From: a virus
Taxonomy: Duplodnaviria; Caudoviricetes
IMG/VR virus record: IMGVR_UViG_3300032242_001840
Span: 1 to 51,586 of that record
Direction: 5' to 3' (one strand)
DNA: 51,586 bases
Made by a program: the position numbers and the translations under genes. Below are positions 8,026 to 16,662 of this stretch, piece by piece. Positions within the stretch are counted from its first letter, which is position 1; each line of letters begins with the position of its first letter. The notes beneath the pieces were generated by a model. The model saw nothing but the letters and a program-made list of their open reading frames with translations, was not told where the DNA came from and ran no database searches.

Positions 8026-8494
8026 GGATCGCAAGCCTCCACGCGAGAGCCTTGCAACAGCGGATGTATCGATCGGCCAGCGCCGAATCGACCGACTTCA
8101 CGTCGGCATCCCCGGCCGCGGCAATGAATGCGGCGTCGATCTTGTCGCCCAGCCCCGGCACCTTGCCGACGTTCTTTTGCTCAATCGCCAGATCAAGGCT
8201 GCCAGCGTGGAAGCGGGCGAACTTCTCTGAGGTGTCGATCAGCCGACTGGGGCGGGTGCCGTCGTTACGGATGATGCTGCCCAGTGCGTCATAGAACGCA
8301 GAGTAGTACTGCCGATCCGCCGGAGCGATGTCATTGATGGGGATGTCGGCCGTCCACTTCATCGCCTCGTCGTCGGGACGCTGGATTGAAACGCCGTCCT
8401 GCGATGGCGTCAGCCACTTGAGGGAGTCGATCTTCCCCCGCCATGCAAACACGAGCATAACGGCCACGATAGCGATCCTTAAACGGGCATTCAC
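8015..8494 (-). CDS. Exported/membrane-anchored hypothetical protein
   Basis: N-terminal hydrophobic signal. Confidence 0.75.
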   Translation of the reverse strand: MNARLRIAIVAVMLVFAWRGKIDSLKWLTPSQDGVSIQRPDDEAMKWTADIPINDIAPADRQYYSAFYDALGSIIRNDGTRPSRLIDTSEKFARFHAGSLDLAIEQKNVGKVPGLGDKIDAAFIAAAGDADVKSVDSALADRYIRCCKALAWRLAIHGE

Positions 8495-8784
8495 GGCTTG
8501 TCTGAGCCTCCAACGAGGGCGAGGGTCAACGTGTCAATTGCCGCCTTCTGCGGGTCAAGGAGCAACTCTGTCTTCAAGAGCCTGGTGCGCACGTTGGCGA
8601 GGTCGGCAATGGCTTCGTGATACGAACCCGTCTCTGCGGCGGGGGCGGGCGTATGCGGCGTAACAAGCTTGTCGGCCACCGCCCCACCAACTCCGGCGGC
8701 TGCCTTCTCAAACAGGCCGGAGAGGTGGGGCCAAAAGGCGACAACCGCAGCCAAGGCCGAAATGGCGATCTGCTCAAAAGTCAT
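8491..8784 (-). CDS. Membrane-anchored hypothetical protein
   Basis: N-terminal TM segment. Confidence 0.75.
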   Translation of the reverse strand: MTFEQIAISALAAVVAFWPHLSGLFEKAAAGVGGAVADKLVTPHTPAPAAETGSYHEAIADLANVRTRLLKTELLLDPQKAAIDTLTLALVGGSDKP

Positions 8785-9074
8785 TTCTTCGGCCCCTCCA
8801 CTTGCGCCACGATCCAGTCAAAGAATGCCGTACCCTCTGGCGACTTCAGAATCGCTTCAAGGTGTTCCAGGGCTTCGTCGTCCAAGTGTGTTGCCGACTT
8901 GCCGGCAGCCCACAGGCAGGTGTCAAGAAACGCCACCGCGCGAGCGTGTGCGTCGGGGGCGGCCATCACCTGCTGGAGACGCAGTAGCAGCGGCCCCCAG
9001 TCGGACAGCAACTTGATCTTTTCAAATGTGCTGAGTCCAGCACCGAACTGTTCGTCGTCAAATTGTTCGTTCAC
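8781..9074 (-). CDS. Hypothetical protein
   Basis: AAGGAGG RBS; coupled to downstream genes. Confidence 0.75.
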   Translation of the reverse strand: MNEQFDDEQFGAGLSTFEKIKLLSDWGPLLLRLQQVMAAPDAHARAVAFLDTCLWAAGKSATHLDDEALEHLEAILKSPEGTAFFDWIVAQVEGPKK

Positions 9075-9298
9075 TTATTCGCCTCCTTGCGAATCTGTTT
9101 TGCACGGGCATCGGCCAGGAATTTCGTATACGCAGCGGACTTTTTGCTTGTGACTTTGCCCCAATGGCTGGGGGGCTGTTCTGGAACCCGCGAGATGAGC
9201 GGGGTGGAGTCGTCACCGTAGGACAACGGAGTCAGAATGTCGGATTCGTCATTCTGGAGGGTGGACAAGGTATTGCATCCAATCGTAAATCTCATCAA
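9071..9298 (-). CDS. Small hypothetical protein (start uncertain)
   Basis: Fills gap; stop overlaps next start. Confidence 0.45.
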   Translation of the reverse strand: MMRFTIGCNTLSTLQNDESDILTPLSYGDDSTPLISRVPEQPPSHWGKVTSKKSAAYTKFLADARAKQIRKEANK

Positions 9299-9443
9299 AG
9301 GCCATACGGCCGGCGATCTTGGCTACATCAGTCTGCATTTGCTTCGGCAGAATCCAAAGCTCCTGCTCAAGCACTTTCTCGCCGGATGTGAGGACAAGGG
9401 TAGCCTGCGTTTTCGTGATAGTCAGCGTGACTTCCGCAAGCAT
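9249..9443 (-). CDS. Hypothetical protein
   Basis: GGAGG RBS. Confidence 0.6.
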   Translation of the reverse strand: MLAEVTLTITKTQATLVLTSGEKVLEQELWILPKQMQTDVAKIAGRMAFDEIYDWMQYLVHPPE

Positions 9444-9462
9444 GCATATTGTCCTCCAGTAG

Positions 9463-9726
9463 TCATTCTACCCGATGGGCAGCGTCGATGCGGCGGTCAC
9501 GCTCCACCTGCGTCCACTGCGACTTTATCGCCGTTTTCGCCAGCATGATCTGCTCCGGCGTCGGAATGTAAACCTCGACCTGCCGGGGGTAGGGGAGCTT
9601 CATCTGCGCCGCCGCGGCGGCAAGCTGCGCTTCCGAAAACCCCATCTCGTCGCAGATTTCGTCTTCAAGCGAGTCGCTCTTCCACAGTCGCTGTAGCTTC
9701 TGCTTCTGGCGGGTCGATAAGTCCAT
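9463..9726 (-). CDS. GcrA-like HTH protein with PT..I...W motif
   Basis: LQRLWKSDSLEDEICDEMGFS; IPTPEQIMLAKTAIKSQW. Confidence 0.65.
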   Translation of the reverse strand: MDLSTRQKQKLQRLWKSDSLEDEICDEMGFSEAQLAAAAAQMKLPYPRQVEVYIPTPEQIMLAKTAIKSQWTQVERDRRIDAAHRVE

Positions 9727-10616
9727 CAACCCTCCCTAATCAGTGCCGCATAACGGCTACCAGGGTTCAGATACATCCGCACCCACGGGTATCCGCCGTC
9801 TGTCTTGTCGGCGATCGACTTGTGCAGGCAGACATGCTCGCAGTCCTCGCCGGAATACTTGCCCAACAACCAGTAGCGGGTCTTGTAGACGGCCAGCCCG
9901 CCAAAACAAGAGTTCATCGGCTGCACGGGTGCGGCGACCGGCGGCAAGAACATCGAGAACCACCCCAGGCCGATTTCCTCGCGACGATCCTCCCACCAGC
10001 AGACAGGCCGGGCGGCCCACGAATCGTAGTGAGCGATCTGCGCCCTTTCTGGCTTGCCAGCCTCCTGCGTCAGGTAGAGCGAGTAGCTCCCCATGCCGTA
10101 GGCCGAAGGGGTCGCGTCCAACTGAGCGATCGAGTTGAAAATGCCATCGACGCTGAAGCCCCCCTCTGGGTCAACGTCCAGCACGATCACATAGTCGGCA
10201 TGTGGGGCGTTTTCCCTGACCCATTCCATGCACTTCTGCCGGTACTCTGCGAGCGCCTCAGTTCGCGGGCCGGCGAACTCCCCCGGCAGGTGCGGCCGGT
10301 TGAGCGTGGCATGCTCAACCGTCATGTAGCCGTTGGCCGCGGCGTGAGCGTCAAGCATCTCGGCGGTGCCGTCGTCCGAATCGTTCTCAAAAACGTACCA
10401 GTGCGGCTTCGCCGGCCCGAGGCAAGACAGCGACCGGAACTGCTCCACAAGCGCCAGCGTGTTGGGCAACATGCGGGCGGCGTTCCTGGCGATCGACACG
10501 ATGACGATGCTGCTGCACAAAGCAGTGTTCATCCCCTCGGCCACCGCATCGCGGTAGTCCTCAATGTACTTGTCGTCGATATTCCAGAAGTCTTCGGGGC
10601 AGATTGTCGGCTTCAT
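9726..10616 (-). CDS. GT-A glycosyltransferase (CAP59/GT69-like)
   Basis: FENDSDDGT, LAEYR, VLDVD, YDSWA, SCFGGLAVYK, DCEH. Confidence 0.8.
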   Translation of the reverse strand: MKPTICPEDFWNIDDKYIEDYRDAVAEGMNTALCSSIVIVSIARNAARMLPNTLALVEQFRSLSCLGPAKPHWYVFENDSDDGTAEMLDAHAAANGYMTVEHATLNRPHLPGEFAGPRTEALAEYRQKCMEWVRENAPHADYVIVLDVDPEGGFSVDGIFNSIAQLDATPSAYGMGSYSLYLTQEAGKPERAQIAHYDSWAARPVCWWEDRREEIGLGWFSMFLPPVAAPVQPMNSCFGGLAVYKTRYWLLGKYSGEDCEHVCLHKSIADKTDGGYPWVRMYLNPGSRYAALIREG

Positions 10617-11287
10617 ATGAAACACCTCTTTTTGAGTTCGTCGGCACGATTGGGCCACTGCGTGGCGTGGAAAAAGTAGGATGCGTCTGCGACTTGCTTT
10701 GGCGTTCCAGCCCCAGGCCACCCCCTCTTGTCGTTGAGGTGTGGGTTCCACACAAGATGCAGGTCGCGGTTGCAATGCACCGTGTTGGCATACAGGTCGA
10801 TGAACGCTGCCTGCTCCCACCAGTGGTCTGCTCGAGGGGCGTCAGTGTGGTTCCAGATACGCTCAAGCATGTCTGATACTTTGCAGCCAGCGGCATCCCC
10901 CTTGACCAGCCAGACGCCGCAATTCGGCACGGCCCCGTCTGCGGTCTGGTGGGTCACGCAGTTAAACGGCCGGCGGCCAGCCGCATGCGACAAAATGTCG
11001 ATGTACGGGTCAACGATCCCCACGTCGGCATCAAGCCACAGGGCTACGTCGTAGCCAGTCGGTGTGCTGTATTCCCGGCGAATCTTGTAAACGATCGCAT
11101 CCTGAATCGCCTTGACCTTGAACCAGCTTGCATGTCGGCCGTCGTCAACCTTCTTGAACGTCTCGCGAGTCGGACACCACAGGTCGTAGCCATGCAACCT
11201 GGCATACGCCTCCTTACCCGGCAGCGTGATCCGGTGAAGCTCTTCGTTCTCCTCCCCCCACCCGTAGGTGATCAGCAGTTTGTTCAT
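10613..11287 (-). CDS. GT34-like glycosyltransferase
   Basis: YARLHGYD, SWFKV, WLDAD, NCGVWLVK, WEQAA. Confidence 0.8.
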   Translation of the reverse strand: MNKLLITYGWGEENEELHRITLPGKEAYARLHGYDLWCPTRETFKKVDDGRHASWFKVKAIQDAIVYKIRREYSTPTGYDVALWLDADVGIVDPYIDILSHAAGRRPFNCVTHQTADGAVPNCGVWLVKGDAAGCKVSDMLERIWNHTDAPRADHWWEQAAFIDLYANTVHCNRDLHLVWNPHLNDKRGWPGAGTPKQVADASYFFHATQWPNRADELKKRCFI

Positions 11288-11898
11288 GGCTTTCTCAACA
11301 GAAACGACGTGTACCCGTCCATGGCGATGCCGTGCATCGGAATGCCTTTGTCGGCCATGAACTCATCCACCGCGGCCTTGACCCCCATGTGGTTGTAGTA
11401 CTCGGCGTTGACTACCTTGGCCGGATTGACTGAGTAGTCATGTCCCCCGAGGTAACCGCCGCGGCGAAGGCAACGCCAGGCTTCCTTCAGGTCGGCCTTG
11501 ACGGCCGGGTAGCTGTGGTCGGCGTCGATGTAGATGAAATCAAAGGTGGCGCTGCCCTGCATCGCGAACCAGTCGGTGGTGGAGTACCTGTAGCCAGTAA
11601 TTGACGGCCCCGCCAGACCCCTGCCAGAAAAACGATCATGCACCATCCCTAGAAGCTCGTCGCCTTTCTTAAACGTCCGCGGGTTGCCGCCGTTCTCATC
11701 TGCCGAAAAACAGTTGTCGGGCCAAAGGTCAACCATCTCGAAAAACTTTGGCTGGCATCGGGCCACAATCTCCGCAGCGAAGTCGCCTGCGAACACGCCA
11801 AGCTCTGCTACCGTCCCGCCCTTGGGCAAATAATCAAGCATCGCTAGGCGGTTCCCAAACGCTTCGGTGTAGCAGTGGTTATTCGATTGCATGTCCAT
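11284..11898 (-). CDS. Class I SAM methyltransferase (Methyltransf_24-like)
   Basis: ELGVFAG, FDFIYIDADHSY, GGYLGGHDY. Confidence 0.88.
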   Translation of the reverse strand: MDMQSNNHCYTEAFGNRLAMLDYLPKGGTVAELGVFAGDFAAEIVARCQPKFFEMVDLWPDNCFSADENGGNPRTFKKGDELLGMVHDRFSGRGLAGPSITGYRYSTTDWFAMQGSATFDFIYIDADHSYPAVKADLKEAWRCLRRGGYLGGHDYSVNPAKVVNAEYYNHMGVKAAVDEFMADKGIPMHGIAMDGYTSFLLRKP

Positions 11899-12185
11899 CA
11901 CAACCTCCCCAGGAACTGGCGGGCATCCTCGGCCGACCGCACAACGGAGCAGTGGCAGCCGGCCGCCATAAGCTGCGCCATGACACGCACCTGCACCGGC
12001 GTCGGCTTGCCCCCCGGCCGCTTCACCTCCATCCAGACGGCGCGGCCGTCTTTGATGCAGATAACGTCGGGCAGCCCGGCCAGCGAATACGCCGAGCCAT
12101 GGTTTTTTGCGCACCACCACCCCAGTTTGCGGGCGACATCCATGACGCTCTTGACGATCACACGCTCAAGAGGGGCGCTTTGCAT
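11898..12185 (-). CDS. VRR-NUC domain nuclease
   Basis: GLPDVI...MEVKRPGGKPTPVQ. Confidence 0.88.
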   Translation of the reverse strand: MQSAPLERVIVKSVMDVARKLGWWCAKNHGSAYSLAGLPDVICIKDGRAVWMEVKRPGGKPTPVQVRVMAQLMAAGCHCSVVRSAEDARQFLGRL

Positions 12186-12191
12186 GCTTGT

Positions 12192-12220
12192 ATTATGACG
12201 GCAAGTAGCCTACGGATCAA
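12192..12220 (-). promoter_or_regulatory. Sigma70-type promoter with GTAGGCTAC in spacer
   Basis: TTGATC-17 bp-CATAAT; ATG 6 nt downstream (possibly leaderless). Confidence 0.7.
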
Positions 12221-12573
12221 GAGTAGGCGTCGGGGCCAAACAAATCTTTGCTGGTCACCAGGGCGACCTCCTGCCGGCTGTCTGCGGTGCGGCGGTTCCG
12301 CTCCACGTCAGCACTCCACTTTGCCCTGCATATAGCCGCCCGCTCCTCAATCTGGGCCTCGGTGGGGTCATCCACGCACCAGCCGTTGTACTGCTCGTCT
12401 ACCTGCCTGTCGGCCCGCTTCGGCAGGGCATATATACCCTTGAGCCGCCAGAGCGTAGGGACGCTGCACCCAAGCTCACGGGCGATATCCTCCGGCCTCT
12501 TCGTCTCGTCGTTCCACAGCCGGAACAACAGCGGCACCGACACGCTCTCCTTAAATCGCAGAATCCTGCCCAA
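12217..12573 (-). CDS. GcrA-like HTH protein with DPT motif
   Basis: LFRLWND...DIARELGCS; DPTEAQIEERAAICRAKW. Confidence 0.7.
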   Translation of the reverse strand: MGRILRFKESVSVPLLFRLWNDETKRPEDIARELGCSVPTLWRLKGIYALPKRADRQVDEQYNGWCVDDPTEAQIEERAAICRAKWSADVERNRRTADSRQEVALVTSKDLFGPDAYS

Positions 12574-12582
12574 GATATCCTC

Positions 12583-12891
12583 CTAGAAGTCGTAGCATGC
12601 ATGCACTGGCTCTCGAGCAAACGCCCGATCGCTGTCCCAATCACGCCGCAGGGCGGCGGCCCTCTCCTCAATCTCCTGCCTCGTCGGGTCTGGGATCGCC
12701 ACCCCAGCGTTGGCCCGCCGGTAATAGGGCGAGTTGAGCCTGGGCGGCAGCCCCTCCCTCTTGGCAATATCGGACAGCGAATTCGGGTGGATGCCAGCCT
12801 CCTCTGCAATGTCGGCGTTGGTCAGATCGTCCCTGCCCCACAGGGCTTTAATTGCCGCGACAATCTCGCGTTTGCGTCCCTTCTGAGTCAC
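12583..12891 (-). CDS. GcrA-like HTH protein with DPT motif
   Basis: IKALWG...DIAEEAGI; DPTRQEIEERAAALRRDW. Confidence 0.7.
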   Translation of the reverse strand: MTQKGRKREIVAAIKALWGRDDLTNADIAEEAGIHPNSLSDIAKREGLPPRLNSPYYRRANAGVAIPDPTRQEIEERAAALRRDWDSDRAFAREPVHACYDF

Positions 12892-13034
12892 TCTTCATCT
12901 CCTATGATTGTCACCGTCTCCTCCTGCGTGATCCCGTACACACGAAGCAAAAACTTCACCCTCTGCTCTGGCAATGTCTCGGCCAGAAACCGACGCACCG
13001 CCGCACAGACGGCTTTTTCTTGTTCTGGTGTCAT
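12888..13034 (-). CDS. Small hypothetical protein
   Basis: Coupled ORF, MTPEQEKAV. Confidence 0.5.
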   Translation of the reverse strand: MTPEQEKAVCAAVRRFLAETLPEQRVKFLLRVYGITQEETVTIIGDEE

Positions 13035-13147
13035 CGGCGTTTGTCCAACAGGACAACGATGATGCCGAGAGCGGCCACCGCCACCATCGTCACGCCGCTG
13101 ACAATGAGCGACTTGATGTACCAGTCTAAATACATTGCCCAGGTCAT
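13031..13147 (-). CDS. Small membrane protein
   Basis: Single TM; overlapping start/stop on both sides. Confidence 0.5.
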   Translation of the reverse strand: MTWAMYLDWYIKSLIVSGVTMVAVAALGIIVVLLDKRR

Positions 13148-13344
13148 TTGTCACCTCCGATCGCTGCGCCACACGATCCGCAAAGAGGCAGAGCGCATGG
13201 GAAACCTTTGCCATCAAAATAAAAAACGGCGTGAAACATGGTGAGAAAACATTGATACCCACAGATCAAGCAGTGCGAACCGTCCGCAGCGGTTTCCGCC
13301 CATGCAAAAGTGCCACTCACAACCAGTTGCGCAATGTCGCTCAC
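13144..13344 (-). CDS. Small Zn-finger-like protein
   Basis: CLIC and CGSC; coupled. Confidence 0.55.
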   Translation of the reverse strand: MSDIAQLVVSGTFAWAETAADGSHCLICGYQCFLTMFHAVFYFDGKGFPCALPLCGSCGAAIGGDK

Positions 13345-14162
13345 TCCCCACCTCCCAGCCGCTTCAGCATGGATTCCAGTAGCAAGAATGATGCAGAAGA
13401 CGGCAGCATCCAACTTAAAGCGTTCCTGATTGCCGTCCGCTCCTCCCGCCGCAGCCGCAGCCGCTCCACCTCGCTGCGGAGCGCGGCGTTCTCGCTCGCA
13501 GCCTTTTGCAGCGCGTCGGCCAAAATCGCATTCCCCTGAGCCGAAAGACCGTAGACCTTGTGCCGTAACTCTTCCCACGCATCGCTAGCGTCTGGCGTTG
13601 CCTGTTGCTCAGGCGTCACGCGGCGGCGGTAGCGTTTACCTGAGAAGAGAGAGTCGCGGACGATACTCCCCGCAGAAAACTTTGGGACGCAACTCCAGTC
13701 CTCCGGCGTAGAAATGTAGGCCCATTCATCACCATCACGCAGGACTGCCCCTTGATGAAGAAAGTCCCACTTAGGGCCAACGTCAGGCTCCTGTCGCTCC
13801 CCGCTACACGTCGCCGCGTCGTGTCGCGGTTCCGCAGAAACGGCGACAGGTGGCGGTGAGCGGTAGAGCGGAACAACGCGGCCTTCAAAGCCTTGATCTT
13901 TGCCGGGAAGTTCGCTGCACATTTTTGCGTAGTATTGCGCGTCCGCGACACGAAGAAATAATTCCTCTACGATGCCGTCATCGTATTCGACCGCCCACGC
14001 CACTGGCGTCGGCTCAACGGCAGGAACGGCAACCATATCGGCCCACTGCTTGTCGATCTGATCTGCCATCGCAGTAAGCATGCGGCACTGCATGCGGTTC
14101 ACCTGCCGCATGAATTGTCCCCACGCTTGGCGGGCGTCTTCGGCTACTTTCGGGTCAAGCAT
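13341..14162 (-). CDS. Mosaic phage hypothetical protein
   Basis: EPTPVAWAV...VVPLYRSP module typical of phage mosaic proteins. Confidence 0.7.
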   Translation of the reverse strand: MLDPKVAEDARQAWGQFMRQVNRMQCRMLTAMADQIDKQWADMVAVPAVEPTPVAWAVEYDDGIVEELFLRVADAQYYAKMCSELPGKDQGFEGRVVPLYRSPPPVAVSAEPRHDAATCSGERQEPDVGPKWDFLHQGAVLRDGDEWAYISTPEDWSCVPKFSAGSIVRDSLFSGKRYRRRVTPEQQATPDASDAWEELRHKVYGLSAQGNAILADALQKAASENAALRSEVERLRLRREERTAIRNALSWMLPSSASFLLLESMLKRLGGGE

Positions 14163-14382
14163 GTGTGATCCTTCTTGCATGAGCCGGCCGGCTCTGTGTC
14201 GTTTCTGGATGTTCAACCTTGAAAACGTGCCACCATCGCTTCTTTATGCCGATCGGCAAAAAGGACAACGGATTGCAAGCCACGCACAGATCGACGTATT
14301 GCCAGTACATTTCCTCGCGCCGTTCTGGCGTTGCGTCAGGCGGGTATGGCCTCATAGGCGGAATGTAAACCATGCGTTGCAC
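14155..14382 (-). CDS. Small hypothetical protein (start uncertain)
   Basis: Fills gap downstream of tRNA-like element. Confidence 0.45.
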   Translation of the reverse strand: MQRMVYIPPMRPYPPDATPERREEMYWQYVDLCVACNPLSFLPIGIKKRWWHVFKVEHPETTQSRPAHARRITHA

Positions 14383-14418
14383 TTTCCTCGTTGCTACCTA
14401 TTTCCGACGCCGGAAAAG

Positions 14419-14493
14419 GGCTGGGTGCCGGAATCGAACCAACGTCTGCGGGGTTATCTTTCCCGCCGCTCTGCCAACTGAGCTAACCCAGCC
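14419..14493 (-). tRNA. tRNA-like element with aberrant 9-nt anticodon loop
   Basis: Acceptor (G)GCTGGGT/ACCCAGC(C), D arm GCTC-AGTTGGCA-GAGC, stem GCGGG/CCCGC with loop AAAGATAAC, T arm GTTGG-TTCGATT-CCGGC; no encoded CCA. Confidence 0.8.
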
Positions 14494-14517
14494 ATGCACG
14501 CTAACACCGTCAATGTT

Positions 14518-14841
14518 CTAGTGCAGCGGCGGCGGGGTGCCGCACAAAAGCCGAAGCCGCACACCCCGCCGCAGCGCCGCCGGTCGTTCGCCCCCCGGCT
14601 CTAGACATTCCAGCGGGCTACTTAACCGTTGCTTGTTCATCTGACTCATCGCCTGCCGGCTCCGATCGCTGCGCCAGCATCCACATGATTTGATTTTCCC
14701 CTGCCGCAGGTCGCAGCCCCTGACGACCTTCGTTGTCCCGCAGTCACACCGGCAACGCCACGCCGGTATCTTCGGCTCGCCGGCCACGCGGGCCAGCACC
14801 GTGAACCGACCGCATCGCATGCCTGCCATGTCAATCGTCAT
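14518..14841 (-). CDS. Homing-endonuclease-type N-terminal Cys domain, no nuclease domain (possible remnant)
   Basis: WRCRCDCG...KSCGC. Confidence 0.6.
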   Translation of the reverse strand: MTIDMAGMRCGRFTVLARVAGEPKIPAWRCRCDCGTTKVVRGCDLRQGKIKSCGCWRSDRSRQAMSQMNKQRLSSPLECLEPGGERPAALRRGVRLRLLCGTPPPLH

Positions 14842-14982
14842 CTGCGGCCTCCTCGGCCAGCACAGCATCTGCAATCTGCTGGAGGGCGTGCGCCACGACT
14901 CGCCTGGTGATCGCTGCGCTGGCAACGATCAATGCCGCCCCCGTCGCCAACAAGCAGACGCCGAATGCAATATCGGACAGCC

Positions 14983-15672
14983 TCATTTCAGCACCTCCAG
15001 AACTGCCGTCAGGATCGGATGCCGCACAATCGCAGAACCGTCGAATTCGTAGAGGCCGATGCCAGCGATCGGACGCAGCTTCTTGACCACCTGCCCAAGC
15101 GCCTGCTGGCTGGCCGGCAGGTCGGACTGCGTCAGATCGCCGGTGATGATCAATTGCGATCCTTTTCCGAGCCGACTGATCACCAGCCGCAGTTGCTGCG
15201 AGGTGCAGTTTTGGGCCTCGTCAAGGATTACGATCGCGTCGTCAAATGTCCTGCCCCGTAGATAGGCAATCGGGGCAATCGTGATCGCTGCATTGAGTTG
15301 ATCGCGGCGGCGGCCGACACGGCCTGCCACCTTCTCAAAAACGTCGTAGATCGGTGCGAGGTACGGGGCAGCCTTCTCTTCATACGTCCCCGGCAGATAC
15401 CCCAGCGACTCGCCGGCCTCGACCACCGGCCGGGTCAGCACGACTCGTTCCACCTGGGCGTCGGCCACCATGCGGGCGGCGTGTGTGCAGGCGATGTGAG
15501 TTTTCCCCGTCCCGGCGGGGCCGACGAGGAACGTGATCACGCACTCGCGGATCAGCCGTGCCGCGGCGTCCTGCTGCCGGTTCAGTGGCGAGGTGGCGGC
15601 CAAGTCCTGCATGCATGCATCGCTTGCAGTGATTGGCCGCCGCGGCTTTTTTGTCTTGGTGTGTTTTTTCAT
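14983..15672 (-). CDS. phoH: PhoH-family ATPase
   Basis: GPAGTGKT, LGYLPG, RGRTF, DEAQN, GDLTQSD. Confidence 0.95.
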   Translation of the reverse strand: MKKHTKTKKPRRPITASDACMQDLAATSPLNRQQDAAARLIRECVITFLVGPAGTGKTHIACTHAARMVADAQVERVVLTRPVVEAGESLGYLPGTYEEKAAPYLAPIYDVFEKVAGRVGRRRDQLNAAITIAPIAYLRGRTFDDAIVILDEAQNCTSQQLRLVISRLGKGSQLIITGDLTQSDLPASQQALGQVVKKLRPIAGIGLYEFDGSAIVRHPILTAVLEVLK

Positions 15673-15767
15673 TGTTGCCGTGTGTCAGACCCAGCCAGCC
15701 AGGCACGCGCTGCGGGAGAGAGCGCTGCTGCATGCCTGGCGGCCGGGCGGGAGAAACCAACGCAATA

Positions 15768-15796
15768 AATATGACGGTGGGTAGCCTACCAGTCAA
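15768..15796 (-). promoter_or_regulatory. Sigma70-type promoter with GTAGGCTAC in spacer
   Basis: TTGACT-17 bp-CATATT upstream of phoH. Confidence 0.65.
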
Positions 15797-16016
15797 GAGC
15801 GGTCACGGTCGCTTTCTCCCATGATCGCCTGAGTGTCGCGATGTGAGCCTCAATTGCCTCTGCCGCCAGCAACGCAGAAAACTGCATACCGCGGCAGCGT
15901 CCGTTATCCTTGGCCCAAATGGCTGCCTCGTTCTTCGCAGCCGCCGCCACCGCTTCCCACTGCATGCAAAGCTGTTCTAGTCCACCGGGCATGCTGTCCA
16001 CGTCCCTTCGTCGCAA
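15786..16016 (-). CDS. Small hypothetical protein (start uncertain)
   Basis: Fills gap. Confidence 0.4.
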   Translation of the reverse strand: MRRRDVDSMPGGLEQLCMQWEAVAAAAKNEAAIWAKDNGRCRGMQFSALLAAEAIEAHIATLRRSWEKATVTALDW

Positions 16017-16414
16017 AGAAAATAGGTCGCGCTGGTGCAGCCAGCCCCTCTGGCGACGTTAAGCATGGTGATTCTGAACACAGCTACGGGCGCATCAAGA
16101 ACGAGCCAGCCATCGTCAGCCAGAGCTTTCGCCCCAAGCTTCGCATTCCCTTGGCTGCGGTGTGCCGGGAGGGTGTACGCTTCCAGCGTCATGTAGTCGA
16201 TCTGAGTGCCTGGGTCAGTCCACATCTCCGATCGCGTCCACGACACGATCTCCCCATGCTCGACCACCAGAGCAATCTTGCCAGCCCCTTGAAGGTTGCA
16301 ATTTTGGATGGCCCGCTGGAAGTCAGACCCGTCTCTGGTCATGTGCCTGGCGATCCAACGTCGCTGCACAGAGTCCAGCGAGTCGGTGAACAGGACGGTT
16401 ACGGTCGGTGTCAT
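15977..16414 (-). CDS. GNAT-like acetyltransferase
   Basis: YTLPAHRSQGNAK acetyl-CoA-binding motif A. Confidence 0.6.
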   Translation of the reverse strand: MTPTVTVLFTDSLDSVQRRWIARHMTRDGSDFQRAIQNCNLQGAGKIALVVEHGEIVSWTRSEMWTDPGTQIDYMTLEAYTLPAHRSQGNAKLGAKALADDGWLVLDAPVAVFRITMLNVARGAGCTSATYFLCDEGTWTACPVD

Positions 16415-16662
16415 GTCATCCTCACAAACAAGGGGCCGTTCTCTCCGACATACGCACCGAGCGTGTTGAACTCCAGAAACTCTTGCGCCTCTTCCGCGGT
16501 CATGCCGTCGCGTGTGACCAGATGATCGATGCACTTCTGTATGTCGTAGACCGCCACCGCGGGGTGGTGGTGGTTCACCGTGAAACCGATGATCGCCGGC
16601 TCGAGGCCGTCAGCCAGGAGGGCGTCAGGGTTGATCTCGGCTAAGTATTCAGTTGCAGACAT
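16411..16662 (-). CDS. Conserved phage hypothetical protein
   Basis: DGLEPAIIG...AVYD...EFNTLGAYVGE. Confidence 0.8.
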   Translation of the reverse strand: MSATEYLAEINPDALLADGLEPAIIGFTVNHHHPAVAVYDIQKCIDHLVTRDGMTAEEAQEFLEFNTLGAYVGENGPLFVRMT

